From positions 1 to 32,575 of the IMG/VR virus record IMGVR_UViG_3300005573_000030: a DNA stretch of 32,575 nt; one strand, 5' to 3'. Positions within the stretch are counted from its first letter, which is position 1. The number at the start of each line of letters is the position of its first letter. The stretch comes from a virus (taxonomy: Duplodnaviria > Caudoviricetes). A program made the translations under genes and the position numbers. Under the pieces are notes generated by a model. That model saw only the letters and a program-made list of their open reading frames with translations. It was not told the origin of the DNA and did not search any database. Shown one piece after another: positions 8,200 to 17,930 of this stretch.

Positions 8200-9519
8200 A
8201 TGCAGACCCAATACGTAAAGCTAAACGACCTGCGGCCGGCAGACTACAATCCCAGGTTTATGCCGGCAGAGGAAATGGCCAACCTCAAGGAGAGCATCCT
8301 GAAGGACGGCTTCATAGAACCGATTATTATTAATACCCGGAACGATCAAGAGAGCGGCGACCGCAGCAACGTGATAATTTCCGGCCATCAGCGCCGGCTC
8401 GCACTTTTGGATTTAATCGCCAAAGGACACGACATACTAAACCTGCAAGGCAAAGGCGCTGACACCGCGGTCCCGTGCGTACCGCTGGACCTGTCCCTGG
8501 AAGACGAAAAGCAGCTCAACATCCGCATGAACCGGATCAAGGGCAAGTGGGACGACGAAAAGCTGGCCGACATTTTGGTAGGGCTGCGCGGCAGCGCCAA
8601 CCTGGAAGTACGCACCGGCATGAAGACCGAGGAAATCAGCCGCCTGCTCGACACCAGGCTGCAGCCGATCGAAGACGCGCTGACCGAAGCCGAGAGCGAG
8701 GCAATCGAAGGCCAGGAACCGGACAGCAAGCCCGGGACCGTGTACGAATTAGGGCCGCACCGCTTAATTTGTGGCGACTGCACAGACGAACGCGTGTGGC
8801 AAAAGCTGCTCGACGGGCAGCAGGCAGATATGGTATTCACGGACCCGCCGTACAACGTAAACTACCACAGCCGCGGCGACAACCTCAAAGACACCGGCAC
8901 GGAGAAAATCGCCAACGACAACCTGGACCCGGAGCAATTCTGGAATTTAATCCAGCTGTCCTTTTTACGCATGGCCCAGCATGCCAAGAGCGGCGCCAGT
9001 TTTTACATTTGCAGCGGCTGGTCCTCTTACCCAACCTTCCTGCAGGCCATGGAGCCGCAAGGCATCGAACACCACGGCGTGATAATTTGGGTCAAGAACG
9101 TCCCGTCCATGGGCTGGAACGACTACCGCTACAAGCACGAATGGGTCCTGCGCGGAGCCAAGGCAGCCGGCGCCAAGGAAAAGAAGACCGCCGAGTCGAT
9201 TGTTTACGGCTGGAAGAAAGGCACCCACCAATTCCACGCGCAGAACGAGTACGACGTATGGGACATGCCGCGGAAAGCTACCGCCCACTACCTGCACCCA
9301 ACAGAAAAGCCTGACTGGCTGGCCATGCGAGCGATACGCAACAGCACCAACCGCGGCGACATTGTCGTGGATCCGTTCGCCGGCAGCGGCAGCACTATGG
9401 CCGCAGCGGAAAAGACCGGCCGCCGGGCCTTCCTCATTGAGATGGACCCGAAATTCTGCGACCGAATCCGCGCCCGTTGGGATAAATTAAAAACCCTGAC
9501 GGAAAAGCCGAGCGCGTAA
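8200..9519 (+). CDS. ParB-like N-terminal domain fused to N6-A/N4-C DNA methyltransferase
   Basis: YNPR and IISGHQR (ParB-like); DPPY, HPTEKP and DPFAGSGST (beta-class motif order). Confidence 0.88.
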   Translation: MQTQYVKLNDLRPADYNPRFMPAEEMANLKESILKDGFIEPIIINTRNDQESGDRSNVIISGHQRRLALLDLIAKGHDILNLQGKGADTAVPCVPLDLSLEDEKQLNIRMNRIKGKWDDEKLADILVGLRGSANLEVRTGMKTEEISRLLDTRLQPIEDALTEAESEAIEGQEPDSKPGTVYELGPHRLICGDCTDERVWQKLLDGQQADMVFTDPPYNVNYHSRGDNLKDTGTEKIANDNLDPEQFWNLIQLSFLRMAQHAKSGASFYICSGWSSYPTFLQAMEPQGIEHHGVIIWVKNVPSMGWNDYRYKHEWVLRGAKAAGAKEKKTAESIVYGWKKGTHQFHAQNEYDVWDMPRKATAHYLHPTEKPDWLAMRAIRNSTNRGDIVVDPFAGSGSTMAAAEKTGRRAFLIEMDPKFCDRIRARWDKLKTLTEKPSA

Positions 9520-9551
9520 TTTAAAACGAACCAAAGCGACCACCAAAACAA

Positions 9552-10181
9552 ATGCCAAAAAAAGACCACGACCAAGAAGTAGAAATCAAGAACGCCATAC
9601 GCGACGTTTTAGCGGTTAACCCGCTTATTTCCATGCGCTCGCTGGTCGAAACGCTGGCCCGGAAAAACTACAAGACGGCCGACGGCAACCCGCTGCACCG
9701 CGTGTACGTCGGCCGCCTGGTCCGCAAAGTGTGGGGAGACATGCGCGACCGCGTGGACCGGCAGACCAGCAGCGACCGGCTGGCTTTGATCAAGGAGCGC
9801 CACCGCCTCGTGTACGAGCGTTTAATGCGGATAGCATTCTACACGGACGACCTGCAGAAAGAAGGAGCGCCACCGCCGGCCTACCGGGACCAGATCCGCG
9901 CGTTAACCGAAATTATCAAGCTGGACCTGGCGATACTGAACGCGGAAATGGACCTGGGGATTTTCGAGCGGAACCTGGGAGCGATAGACATCGAAGCACA
10001 CCGCAACCAGCCGCTGCCGCCGGAACTGAAAGAGGCGATACTCAACACCGCGCAAAAGTGGGGAATCGTCAAAACCGTAAGCGCAAAAGAAATAAAAACC
10101 CTGCCCGATGGACATTCAAGCCAAAACAACAAACCAGCCGCAGCCGCTGCCGGCACCAAGCCCGGAGCTGCCAAGGCGTAA
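9552..10181 (+). CDS. Probable terminase small subunit
   Basis: Helical, HTH-like protein immediately upstream of TerL; called from position. Confidence 0.5.
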   Translation: MPKKDHDQEVEIKNAIRDVLAVNPLISMRSLVETLARKNYKTADGNPLHRVYVGRLVRKVWGDMRDRVDRQTSSDRLALIKERHRLVYERLMRIAFYTDDLQKEGAPPPAYRDQIRALTEIIKLDLAILNAEMDLGIFERNLGAIDIEAHRNQPLPPELKEAILNTAQKWGIVKTVSAKEIKTLPDGHSSQNNKPAAAAAGTKPGAAKA

Positions 10182-11607
10182 CGGCTACACAGCCGAGGAA
10201 TGGCTCGAAGCCATAAGCGACTACCAGACGCGGCGCGTGTTAGCCCAAACGCTGCCGGGGTTCTGTATGGTTTATTTACCGCACTATTTCTACCAGCAGC
10301 CGGCAGACTTCCACGAAGACCTCATGCGCGACATGAGCGATACCAGCATAGACAGCCTGCTGGTTATGGGCTTCCGCGGCAGCGCCAAGTCGACGATTGG
10401 CTCGCTGGCGTTGATACTGTGGGCTGCGTTGGAAAAGCCGAAGGACTACCCGTTCATTTTAGCGGTAGCCGACACCAGCCTGCAGGCCGGCATAAACATC
10501 GCCAACATAAAAAACGAGCTGGACAACAACCTGCTGATAAAGCAGGACTACGGTAACATTACCGGAAAATTCGTGGCCGATTGGGACCTCGAGAGCGAGG
10601 AAGAATGGCAGGCCAAGAACATGCTGCTATCGAACGGCGTCCGCATACTGGCCCGGAGCCGCGGCCAAAAGATACGCGGACTCAGGCACCGGCAGTACCG
10701 GCCCAGGCTGGTCGTGATAGACGACCCGGAAGACCTCGAGTGGGTCCGCAAAAAGGAAAACCGCGACAAGACCGAGCGCTGGGTCAAGAACGAAGTAATA
10801 CCGGCCATGGACGAAACATTCCGTAAGCTGGTTATTATCGGCAACCAGCTGCACACGGACGCGTTAATTGCCAGGCTCAAGAAGAACCCCCGCTTCAAGG
10901 TTTGGGAAATTCCGCTGGTCGACAAAGCCGGCCGCTGCACCTGGACCGCCAAGTACCCGGACGCCAAAGCGCTCGAGCAGCTGAAGGTAGACGTCGGCCC
11001 CGTGACCTACCAGCGCGAGTACCTGCTAAAAATCGTGCCAGAGGAAGGCCAGGTCGTAACCGAGGAAATGATTCACTACTACGACGCGACGCCGGCAGAG
11101 ACGGAACTCGGAGACACCGCCACCGCCTTCGACTTGGCAATCAGCAAAAAGAGTACCGCGGACTTTACCGCCGGCGTGGAAGGTCAGACCGCGGAGGTCG
11201 ACGGACACCTGCGGATATTTATCCAGCCGGACCCGATCAACGAGCGCATCGACCTGCACGAACTGATAGAACGCGCCAAGGCCATACTGGAAACCAAGGC
11301 CGGCGTCCACACGTTCCTGGTCGAAGACGTCCAGTACCAGAAAGCGGCCATAGGTGAAATGGAGCGCGAAGGGCTGCCCGTGGAAGGGGTCAAGCCGATC
11401 GGAGACAAAATGGCCAGACTGAAGACGGCCGTGATTTACATAAAGAACGGCACCGTGCTGTTTCCCCGGCACGGCTGCGAAGACCTGCTGCTGCAGCTTT
11501 TAGGATTCGGAATCGAGGAACACGACGACCTCGTCGACGCCTTAGTTTATTTGATTTTACACATGGTAAAAAACAACCTGCGGCAATGGCAAGTCGTAGG
11601 CGTATAA
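10108..11607 (+). CDS. terL: Terminase large subunit
   Basis: FRGSAKST Walker A, VVIDDPE Walker B, nuclease motifs AFDLAIS and HDDLVDAL. Confidence 0.92.
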   Translation: MDIQAKTTNQPQPLPAPSPELPRRNGYTAEEWLEAISDYQTRRVLAQTLPGFCMVYLPHYFYQQPADFHEDLMRDMSDTSIDSLLVMGFRGSAKSTIGSLALILWAALEKPKDYPFILAVADTSLQAGINIANIKNELDNNLLIKQDYGNITGKFVADWDLESEEEWQAKNMLLSNGVRILARSRGQKIRGLRHRQYRPRLVVIDDPEDLEWVRKKENRDKTERWVKNEVIPAMDETFRKLVIIGNQLHTDALIARLKKNPRFKVWEIPLVDKAGRCTWTAKYPDAKALEQLKVDVGPVTYQREYLLKIVPEEGQVVTEEMIHYYDATPAETELGDTATAFDLAISKKSTADFTAGVEGQTAEVDGHLRIFIQPDPINERIDLHELIERAKAILETKAGVHTFLVEDVQYQKAAIGEMEREGLPVEGVKPIGDKMARLKTAVIYIKNGTVLFPRHGCEDLLLQLLGFGIEEHDDLVDALVYLILHMVKNNLRQWQVVGV

Positions 11608-11613
11608 AACCCA

Positions 11614-11820
11614 ATGATACAAACAGAGCAAAAAGTAACAATTACGGTCGACCGCCGCTGGCTCAACCTGATAAAGCTGGCCGAGCGCACCGGCTGGGGA
11701 GACATGAGCATCAAGCTAAAGAACGGCGTACCGACCGACTGCGAAACCATAATTCCGCACGTCAGGCTGGACCAGCAGCAGGACGTAGACGACGCCTACC
11801 GGGCCATTGGCCTCGGGTAG
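11614..11820 (+). CDS. Small protein resembling the YezD/DUF2292 family
   Basis: Helix followed by WGDMSIKLKNG...HVRLD, matching the remembered family pattern; by eye only. Confidence 0.5.
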   Translation: MIQTEQKVTITVDRRWLNLIKLAERTGWGDMSIKLKNGVPTDCETIIPHVRLDQQQDVDDAYRAIGLG

Positions 11821-12083
11821 CCGGCAGAGCTTGAAAGATCCAAAACCGACCCCGCCGGCCAGGCTCGACCCTCGAATTATAAGGCTTTTCGAAGCTCAAG
11901 ATCCGGCCGGCGACGCTCTCGCAAATTTCCCAATGTTTCGATAGGTTCCAAAGATCCAGAATCGGCCGCCCGGCAGGGTTCCCGGAAAAAACAGGCCCCG
12001 ATTTCCGAAGGTTTCGAGGGCAAAACTTTCGCCAAAAAGCTCGAGAGGCTCCCGGGCCGGAAAGTTATCCACCGCGCGAAAAT

Positions 12084-12113
12084 TTGACAGCGGAATAAAA
12101 AAGGTGCTACAAC
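12084..12113 (+). promoter_or_regulatory. Putative late promoter
   Basis: TTGACA-18-TACAAC with extended TG; DnaA-box-like TTATCCACC at 12065-12073. Confidence 0.5.
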
Positions 12114-12219
12114 GAAAGTGACGAATGGACGGGAGACCGAATCAGCGGCCGCGACTGAATAAGTCCGGCCGCAACACCAAACCCGCCACAACAGAATACG
12201 AAGCCTGAATGGAAAAACC

Positions 12220-12270
12220 ATAGGGCCATGCACCGGCACGGAGCCGGAGAGCGCATGGCCCTATTTTTTT
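12220..12270 (+). terminator. Intrinsic terminator directly upstream of the portal gene
   Basis: ATAGGGCCATGC/GCATGGCCCTAT stem, inner CCGGC/GCCGG, T7 tail. Confidence 0.8.
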
Positions 12271-12291
12271 ATTGCCTAAGAAACAAACCCC

Positions 12292-14496
12292 ATGGACAAA
12301 ATCAAATGGTACGACAAAGCCCTGTCCGGCGTTGGACTCGTCCGCAAGAGCGCGGACGCAGACCAAGCCGGCGCTGCCGGTTTGACCAGCCATGCGCTGG
12401 CCGCGATTTTAGCAAACGAAGACGGGCCGCTGTCTCAGCGCCAGGCGCTGCAGCTTTACAGCGGCTGGAGCTACGCCTGCATACGCGCGATCGAGGAAGA
12501 AATCGCCAACATGGAATTCCAGCTATACCGGGTCACGGGCAAAGGCTACGAAGCCCAGCCGGAACACGAACTGCTGGACATACTCGAAGCGGTCAACGAA
12601 TCAATGACCGGCTACGACTTGCGCTACCTGACCGCCGGCCACCTGGAAGCCATAGGCAACGCGTACTGGTACCTCGAAGGCGTCAAAAACGAAACCGGCA
12701 AGCCCGTGGCTATCCACCCGCTCGTAGCCAGCCGGGTGCGCGTCAACATCAGCCGCAACACCTTCCCCGGCAAAATTGAAAGCTACGAGTACGAAGACCA
12801 GGGCCGGCGTTACACCTTCCAGCCTTACGAAATCGTCCACATCCGCTACCCGGACCCCTCCAACCCCTTCGTCGGTATCGGGACCGTGCAGGCCATAGCG
12901 AGCTGGATTCAGGCCGACAACTTCGCCATGGAATTCAACCGCCAATTTTTCAAGAACGGCACCAAGCTCGGCTACATTTTGGAGAGCGAAGCCAGCAACG
13001 AAAAGAACCTGAAGCTGCTGCAGAAAACCTTCGAAGCTACCTACCAAGGGCTGGGCAACGCGTACAAAGGCGTGGTGCTGCCCAAAGGGACCAAGTACAC
13101 AGACCCCGGCAGCGGCATGAAGGACCTCGACTTCGCCAATTTGCTGGCCACCATGCAGAACAAAATTCTGGCCGGCTTCCGTGTACCGCGGACCGTGCTG
13201 GGTATTACCGACGACGTAAACCGGGCCAACGCCGAAACGACCGACTACGTGTTTATTAAGCGGACCATAAAACCGAAGATGCAGCAAATCGTGGGCCACC
13301 TGAACGAAAAGCTGGTGCCGCGTTTTGGCGCGGACCTGTACCTGACCTTCAAAGACCCGGTGCCGGAAAACGAGGAAATGCAGATAAAGAAATTCCAGGC
13401 AGCCCTCGGCAACGCGCCGTGGATGAGCCTGAACGAAGCCCGCGAAGCGCAGGGCCTCGACAAGGTCACCGGCGGCGAAAGCATAATGGCCCCGTTTGGC
13501 CTCGTGCCAGTCGGATCCCCGGAGCCGAAGCAAATGAACACCCCGGCAACCAAGGTCAACGGCAAGAAGACCAAGAGCCGCGGCGCCCGGATCGCCGAGA
13601 GCCGCAGCGCGATAGCCAGGACGCTGGCCGAATTTGCCGCCAAGGAAATCGAAGCCAACCAGAGAGCGGTCGAAGCGGTCGTGCAAAAGGGCCTGGAAAA
13701 CATGAGCGACACGGAATTCGAACCGCTGCACAAAGCCTTCCTCCAGCGCGTAACCCCGTACGAAAAGCTGATAGCCAAGAAGCTGCGCGAACATAACAGC
13801 AAGGAAAAGGAAATCGTGCTGGAAAACCTGGCCAAAATTGCCAAAGCCTACGCCGGCAGCAAGACCAAAGCCAAACCGAGCCTCAAGGACATTCTAGACG
13901 AAGAAGAAATGGTCCTGTCGGTAATTGACCTGACCACGCCGGCGATTAAGGAATTATTCAAAAAGGAAGCCAAGGCCGCCGCAACGCTCATAGGCACCCC
14001 GGACCTCGACGTCGTCACGCCGCAGATAGACAAGGCCCTCGACCATGCGATAGAACTGATGGCCGGCAGCTACGAGGAAACCACCCTGAAGGTACTGCGC
14101 GACAAATTGGAAGCCGGCATCCTCGATGGGCTAAGCATGGACGAACTGACAGACCTGGTATCCGGGATTTACGAGTGGAAGGATACCGCCCAGGCAGAGA
14201 CCGTGGCCCGGACCGAGAGCTTCCGCGTGGCCAACAGCGGCGCCCGGACCGCCTACGAACAGAGCGGCGTCGTAAAGAGCCTGAAGTGGTACACCGCAGC
14301 GGACGAGCTGGTATGCGAATTCTGCGGACCCATGCACGGCAAAATCGTGGACATTGACCAGAACTTTTATAACAAGGGAGAGACAATCGAGGGCAGCGCC
14401 GGCGGCACCATGGAAGTCACCTACGACGACGTGAGTGGCGGCGCCCTGCACCCGAACTGCCGGTGCCAGATCCGGCCGGAAAAAATCCAAATTTAA
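12292..14496 (+). CDS. HK97-type portal protein fused to a MuF/SPP1 gp7-like head morphogenesis domain
   Basis: Portal motifs GNAYW, EIVHIRY, FRVP..LG, NEAR; C-terminal ARTE, W.TAADE.VC..C and HPNCRC. Confidence 0.9.
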   Translation: MDKIKWYDKALSGVGLVRKSADADQAGAAGLTSHALAAILANEDGPLSQRQALQLYSGWSYACIRAIEEEIANMEFQLYRVTGKGYEAQPEHELLDILEAVNESMTGYDLRYLTAGHLEAIGNAYWYLEGVKNETGKPVAIHPLVASRVRVNISRNTFPGKIESYEYEDQGRRYTFQPYEIVHIRYPDPSNPFVGIGTVQAIASWIQADNFAMEFNRQFFKNGTKLGYILESEASNEKNLKLLQKTFEATYQGLGNAYKGVVLPKGTKYTDPGSGMKDLDFANLLATMQNKILAGFRVPRTVLGITDDVNRANAETTDYVFIKRTIKPKMQQIVGHLNEKLVPRFGADLYLTFKDPVPENEEMQIKKFQAALGNAPWMSLNEAREAQGLDKVTGGESIMAPFGLVPVGSPEPKQMNTPATKVNGKKTKSRGARIAESRSAIARTLAEFAAKEIEANQRAVEAVVQKGLENMSDTEFEPLHKAFLQRVTPYEKLIAKKLREHNSKEKEIVLENLAKIAKAYAGSKTKAKPSLKDILDEEEMVLSVIDLTTPAIKELFKKEAKAAATLIGTPDLDVVTPQIDKALDHAIELMAGSYEETTLKVLRDKLEAGILDGLSMDELTDLVSGIYEWKDTAQAETVARTESFRVANSGARTAYEQSGVVKSLKWYTAADELVCEFCGPMHGKIVDIDQNFYNKGETIEGSAGGTMEVTYDDVSGGALHPNCRCQIRPEKIQI

Positions 14497-14521
14497 AAAT
14501 TAAGTAAGGCTAACAAAAACT

Positions 14522-15745
14522 ATGAACGAAGAACTAAAAAAATTCAGCGCAGAAATAGCCAGCATGCTGCGCGAGAAAATGGCCGAGCCGGCTGCGGTCG
14601 AGGTGACCGAAAAAATCAAGGCCGCCAAGGACACCGGAAACTTTGAAGTCGTGGTCTCGACCGAAGACGTCGACCGCCACGGGGAAATCGTCCGGCAGGA
14701 CGGCTGGGAATTGGACCGCTACAAGGACAACCCAATCGTACTATTTGCCCACGACAGCTGGAGCATGCCGGTCGGTTTAACCGACTCGATCGAGGTCGTG
14801 GTACAGAACGGCAAGAAGGTGCTACGTGCCAAGGGCCACTTCGCCCCGGCTGAAGCCAACCCGTTCGCGCAGCAGGTGAGGGCCGCCTACGACGCCGGCA
14901 TTTTAACCAAGACCAGCGTGGGCTTTATTGTCAAAGAGCAGAACGGACCCGAAATCACCAAAGCCGAACTTTTGGAATTCTCCTTCGTGCCGATCCCGGC
15001 CAACCCGTACGTGGAAGACCAGCTGAAAGCCGCCGGCTGCGACCTGGCTGAATTCAAAGCCAAGGGCCTCGTGGTCGAAGCGACCAAGGAAGGCGAGCCG
15101 GTAGACAACTCGCAGCAGCCGCAGCAAGTGACCCCGGAACCGGAAAAACCGACGACCGAAACCCCAGCCCCGGCCGAAAACGAGGCTGTAAAGCCAAATT
15201 CTGAAGCCGAAAAAGCGCAAACAGGTGCCGAAAATGGGGAAAACGGGCAAAAGGCCAAAGCCGCAGCAGACGACATGCCGGCAGCCTGCGGCGCAATTAT
15301 GACCGACATGCAGACCAAAGTAACGGATGCAATGACCGAAGCAGCCCTCGCTATACAGGAACTGGCAGCCGGCGAGGAAGGCGACGAAGAAGAAGGTAAG
15401 ATCACAAACCCCACCGCGACCAAAGAAGGCCGCGTACTGAGCAGCAAGAACCGCGAGAGAGTGACCAAGGCTGTGGGCCTGCTAAAAGAAACAGCGACCG
15501 CGCTTCAGGACTTGCTCGATGAGAGCGAGCCTGGGGACGGTAAAGCACAGGGAGAGGATCAGCAGCTAAAAACTGCAGACCCTGCAGAACCAAAGGTCGA
15601 ACCCAGCGCCGAGGGAGACGAAGTATTCAAGAGCCTGGACTCCTGGCTCGACGTACGCCGTGTCCTCCGGGTCGCTGACAAAGCGTTAAACAACGCGCTC
15701 AAAAACGCGAACCAGAAAATTAGAGAGCGCTCCGGCAATAAATAA
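14522..15745 (+). CDS. HK97-family prohead protease with long C-terminal extension
   Basis: DRHGE, VLFAHD, SVGF, LLEFSFVPIPANP; later KEGRVLS..N motif. Confidence 0.88.
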   Translation: MNEELKKFSAEIASMLREKMAEPAAVEVTEKIKAAKDTGNFEVVVSTEDVDRHGEIVRQDGWELDRYKDNPIVLFAHDSWSMPVGLTDSIEVVVQNGKKVLRAKGHFAPAEANPFAQQVRAAYDAGILTKTSVGFIVKEQNGPEITKAELLEFSFVPIPANPYVEDQLKAAGCDLAEFKAKGLVVEATKEGEPVDNSQQPQQVTPEPEKPTTETPAPAENEAVKPNSEAEKAQTGAENGENGQKAKAAADDMPAACGAIMTDMQTKVTDAMTEAALAIQELAAGEEGDEEEGKITNPTATKEGRVLSSKNRERVTKAVGLLKETATALQDLLDESEPGDGKAQGEDQQLKTADPAEPKVEPSAEGDEVFKSLDSWLDVRRVLRVADKALNNALKNANQKIRERSGNK

Positions 15746-15766
15746 TACTTAAAAATTATTGACGTG

Positions 15767-15809
15767 GGTCCGGCTGCCGTCGACCGATAGGACGACGGCT
15801 GACCGGACC
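15767..15809 (+). other. Hairpin upstream of the major capsid gene
   Basis: GGTCCGG/CCGGACC and GCCGTCG/CGACGGC stems. Confidence 0.7.
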
Positions 15810-15826
15810 AATAAGGAACCAACCAC

Positions 15827-17026
15827 ATGAACGAAGAACAACTCAAAGCATTGCAGGCCAAACTCGAGACCGCCTTCGACACCGTCATGGAGCAAAAACT
15901 CAAGGACGTCGTCGGACCCATGGTCGCGAGCGAGACTAAGTCAATCGTGGAAAAGATGCGCCTTGACCGAGCATTGACCGGCAAGGACCGCTCCGGGTTA
16001 AGCGACGACCAGAAAATGGCCTTCGCTGAACACGTTAAGAGCGTGGCGATGGGCCAGAAGACTGTCACCGGCCAGGTACCGGACACCGCTGGAAACGGCG
16101 GCGCCTTGGTGCCGGTCGAGGTCGCCTCTGCCATTAGCCGCATCGCCGCTTCCGTCGGTCTGGTGATGAGCCAGGCTACGAAGTGGGACATGAGCAGCGC
16201 GTACGAATTGGACGTGCCGAATTACACCGGCGCCTTCTTAGAAGGAGCGTACAACGACTACGACACCGCCGCTACAATCACCACCCTGTCTGCCTTTGGC
16301 AAGACTCAGCTGGTGACCAAGCGCTGGACCCTGGCCTTTGCCGTAAGCAAGGGCTTGCTCAGGACCGCCACGGTTAACCTGGCCGATTGGCTGTTGGCTT
16401 TGGCAGCGGAGTCCTTGAATAACATGATTGACAAGCAGGCGTTCGTCGGCGACGGCAATCCCTTCACCGGGATCACCAACGTCCCGGACAACCTGACTAA
16501 CGTTATCACGTTGGCGAGCGGTCAGAACACCTTCGCCGAATTCAAGGTCCTCGACGACGCGTCCGATATGATCGGCACCCTCGAGGAATCCCTCCTGCCA
16601 GGTGCGGCTTTCTACATGAACCGCACCGTGTGGGCCAAGCTCCGCGTCCAGAAGGACGGCACCACCGGGAACTACATCCTGCCGATGGCAGGTGCAGCCT
16701 CGAATGGCGTCTTGGCCAACAACCCGACTGGCGGCGGCGTCAAGCTCGCCGGTGAAATCCTGGGCTTCCCAGTCTTCACCGTGCGCCACTTGCCCGGCAC
16801 CAGCACCGCGGACCAAGCCTCTACCAAATTTATCGTGTTCGGTAACTTCTCCGCTGCTGCCTTTGGCGACACTGGCAAGCTCAGCGTAGAGGAACACCGC
16901 TCCGGTACCTTTGGCGGCAAGGAAATCGCCCTGGCCGGCCAACGCGCAATGGTCTTCGAACACGAACACGCCTTCGGAATCACCATTCCGAAAGCCTTCG
17001 TGATTGCCAAGACCGCTGCAAGCTAA
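15827..17026 (+). CDS. HK97-fold major capsid protein
   Basis: GGALVP.E, G.G..PFTGI, FYMN..VW..L...KD..GNYI, ILGFPV, IVFGNFS. Confidence 0.92.
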   Translation: MNEEQLKALQAKLETAFDTVMEQKLKDVVGPMVASETKSIVEKMRLDRALTGKDRSGLSDDQKMAFAEHVKSVAMGQKTVTGQVPDTAGNGGALVPVEVASAISRIAASVGLVMSQATKWDMSSAYELDVPNYTGAFLEGAYNDYDTAATITTLSAFGKTQLVTKRWTLAFAVSKGLLRTATVNLADWLLALAAESLNNMIDKQAFVGDGNPFTGITNVPDNLTNVITLASGQNTFAEFKVLDDASDMIGTLEESLLPGAAFYMNRTVWAKLRVQKDGTTGNYILPMAGAASNGVLANNPTGGGVKLAGEILGFPVFTVRHLPGTSTADQASTKFIVFGNFSAAAFGDTGKLSVEEHRSGTFGGKEIALAGQRAMVFEHEHAFGITIPKAFVIAKTAAS

Positions 17027-17050
17027 GCGGACCTAACGTAGGCAACCAAA

Positions 17051-17079
17051 CCCCGGGCCGGATCCTCCCGGCCCGGGGG
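17051..17079. other. GC-rich hairpin after the capsid gene
   Basis: CCCCGGGCCGG/CCGGCCCGGGG; no U-tract on +. Confidence 0.65.
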
Positions 17080-17109
17080 TACGATAAAAAATTATTAAAC
17101 AAAACTGAC

Positions 17110-17265
17110 ATGCCCGAAATTTTGGTAAATACCCCGGAAGGCACCAGCACCGTGCAGGTGCCGGACCAGACCGGGACCCCAGCTCCGGCCCCGGAGCCTA
17201 CCACCACACCGGAAACGACCCAGCCGGAAGCCGATCAGACCGACGGCGGGTCAGAGCAAAATTAA
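17110..17265 (+). CDS. Small Pro/Thr-rich protein (51 aa), not in the ORF track
   Basis: Translated by hand: MPEILVNTPEGTSTVQVPDQ...; A-rich leader. Confidence 0.55.
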   Translation: MPEILVNTPEGTSTVQVPDQTGTPAPAPEPTTTPETTQPEADQTDGGSEQN

Positions 17266-17308
17266 AGCAGCCAGGTGCTACAGGCATCCGGCAGCATTGG
17301 AGAAAAAA

Positions 17309-17704
17309 ATGGAAGACAGCGTAAAAGAGAACGTGGTGAGCAAGGTCAGCATTAAGCCGGCCGTTTACACCTCAACCGTAACCGGCGACGCGGTAGACAC
17401 AATCGGCGCCACCAGCGCGAAGCTGGTCCTGACCGTCGGCGACATTGACCTGGCCAGCGGCAACGAGACCTACAAGGTCAAAATCCAGCATTGCGATACC
17501 AGCGACGGCACCTTCGCGGACCTCGTGGCCGATGCGGACATCACCGCGGACAACCAGACCCTGCAGATCGCGGTCGAGAACCTCGACACCGCCACCGCCA
17601 AGCGCTACCTGAAAGCCGTGGTGACCTTAGCCGGCACGACCCCGTCCTGCCCCTGCAGCGGCGTGTTCGAACTCGGCGGCTACCAGAACAGCCCAGCCCA
17701 ATAA
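17309..17704 (+). CDS. Putative capsid decoration/cement protein
   Basis: Beta-rich, KRYLKAV motif, position after the capsid gene. Confidence 0.55.
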   Translation: MEDSVKENVVSKVSIKPAVYTSTVTGDAVDTIGATSAKLVLTVGDIDLASGNETYKVKIQHCDTSDGTFADLVADADITADNQTLQIAVENLDTATAKRYLKAVVTLAGTTPSCPCSGVFELGGYQNSPAQ

Positions 17705-17716
17705 ACCGTTCCGTCC

Positions 17717-17930
17717 CCAGCAGGCTGCCGAACCCGCCAAGGTCCGGCAGCTAACCGGGTACGAAATACCCCTGGCCATTTCCCCTCCTCGGGATAGGTG
17801 CCAAATGACACGGTAGGACCTGCCGGCCAAAATTGCCGGACGACTCCCAGACAAGACCCACAAATCCTCGGGCCTTGCCTGCCAGCCAAACGCCTGCCGG
17901 GAGCGGCGTCAGGTCCATAAGCCGCCCGGC
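17717..17930. ncRNA. Putative multibranch structured element, class unknown
   Basis: At least seven nested stems within a 250-nt intergenic gap. Confidence 0.5.

Noticed and set aside
12228-12779. Alternative + strand ORF overlapping the portal start
   Set aside because: Arg-rich off-frame shadow that starts inside the terminator stem
12601-13794. Long minus-strand ORFs (this one and many others)
   Set aside because: Shadows of + strand genes caused by codon bias; no recognisable motifs or start signals
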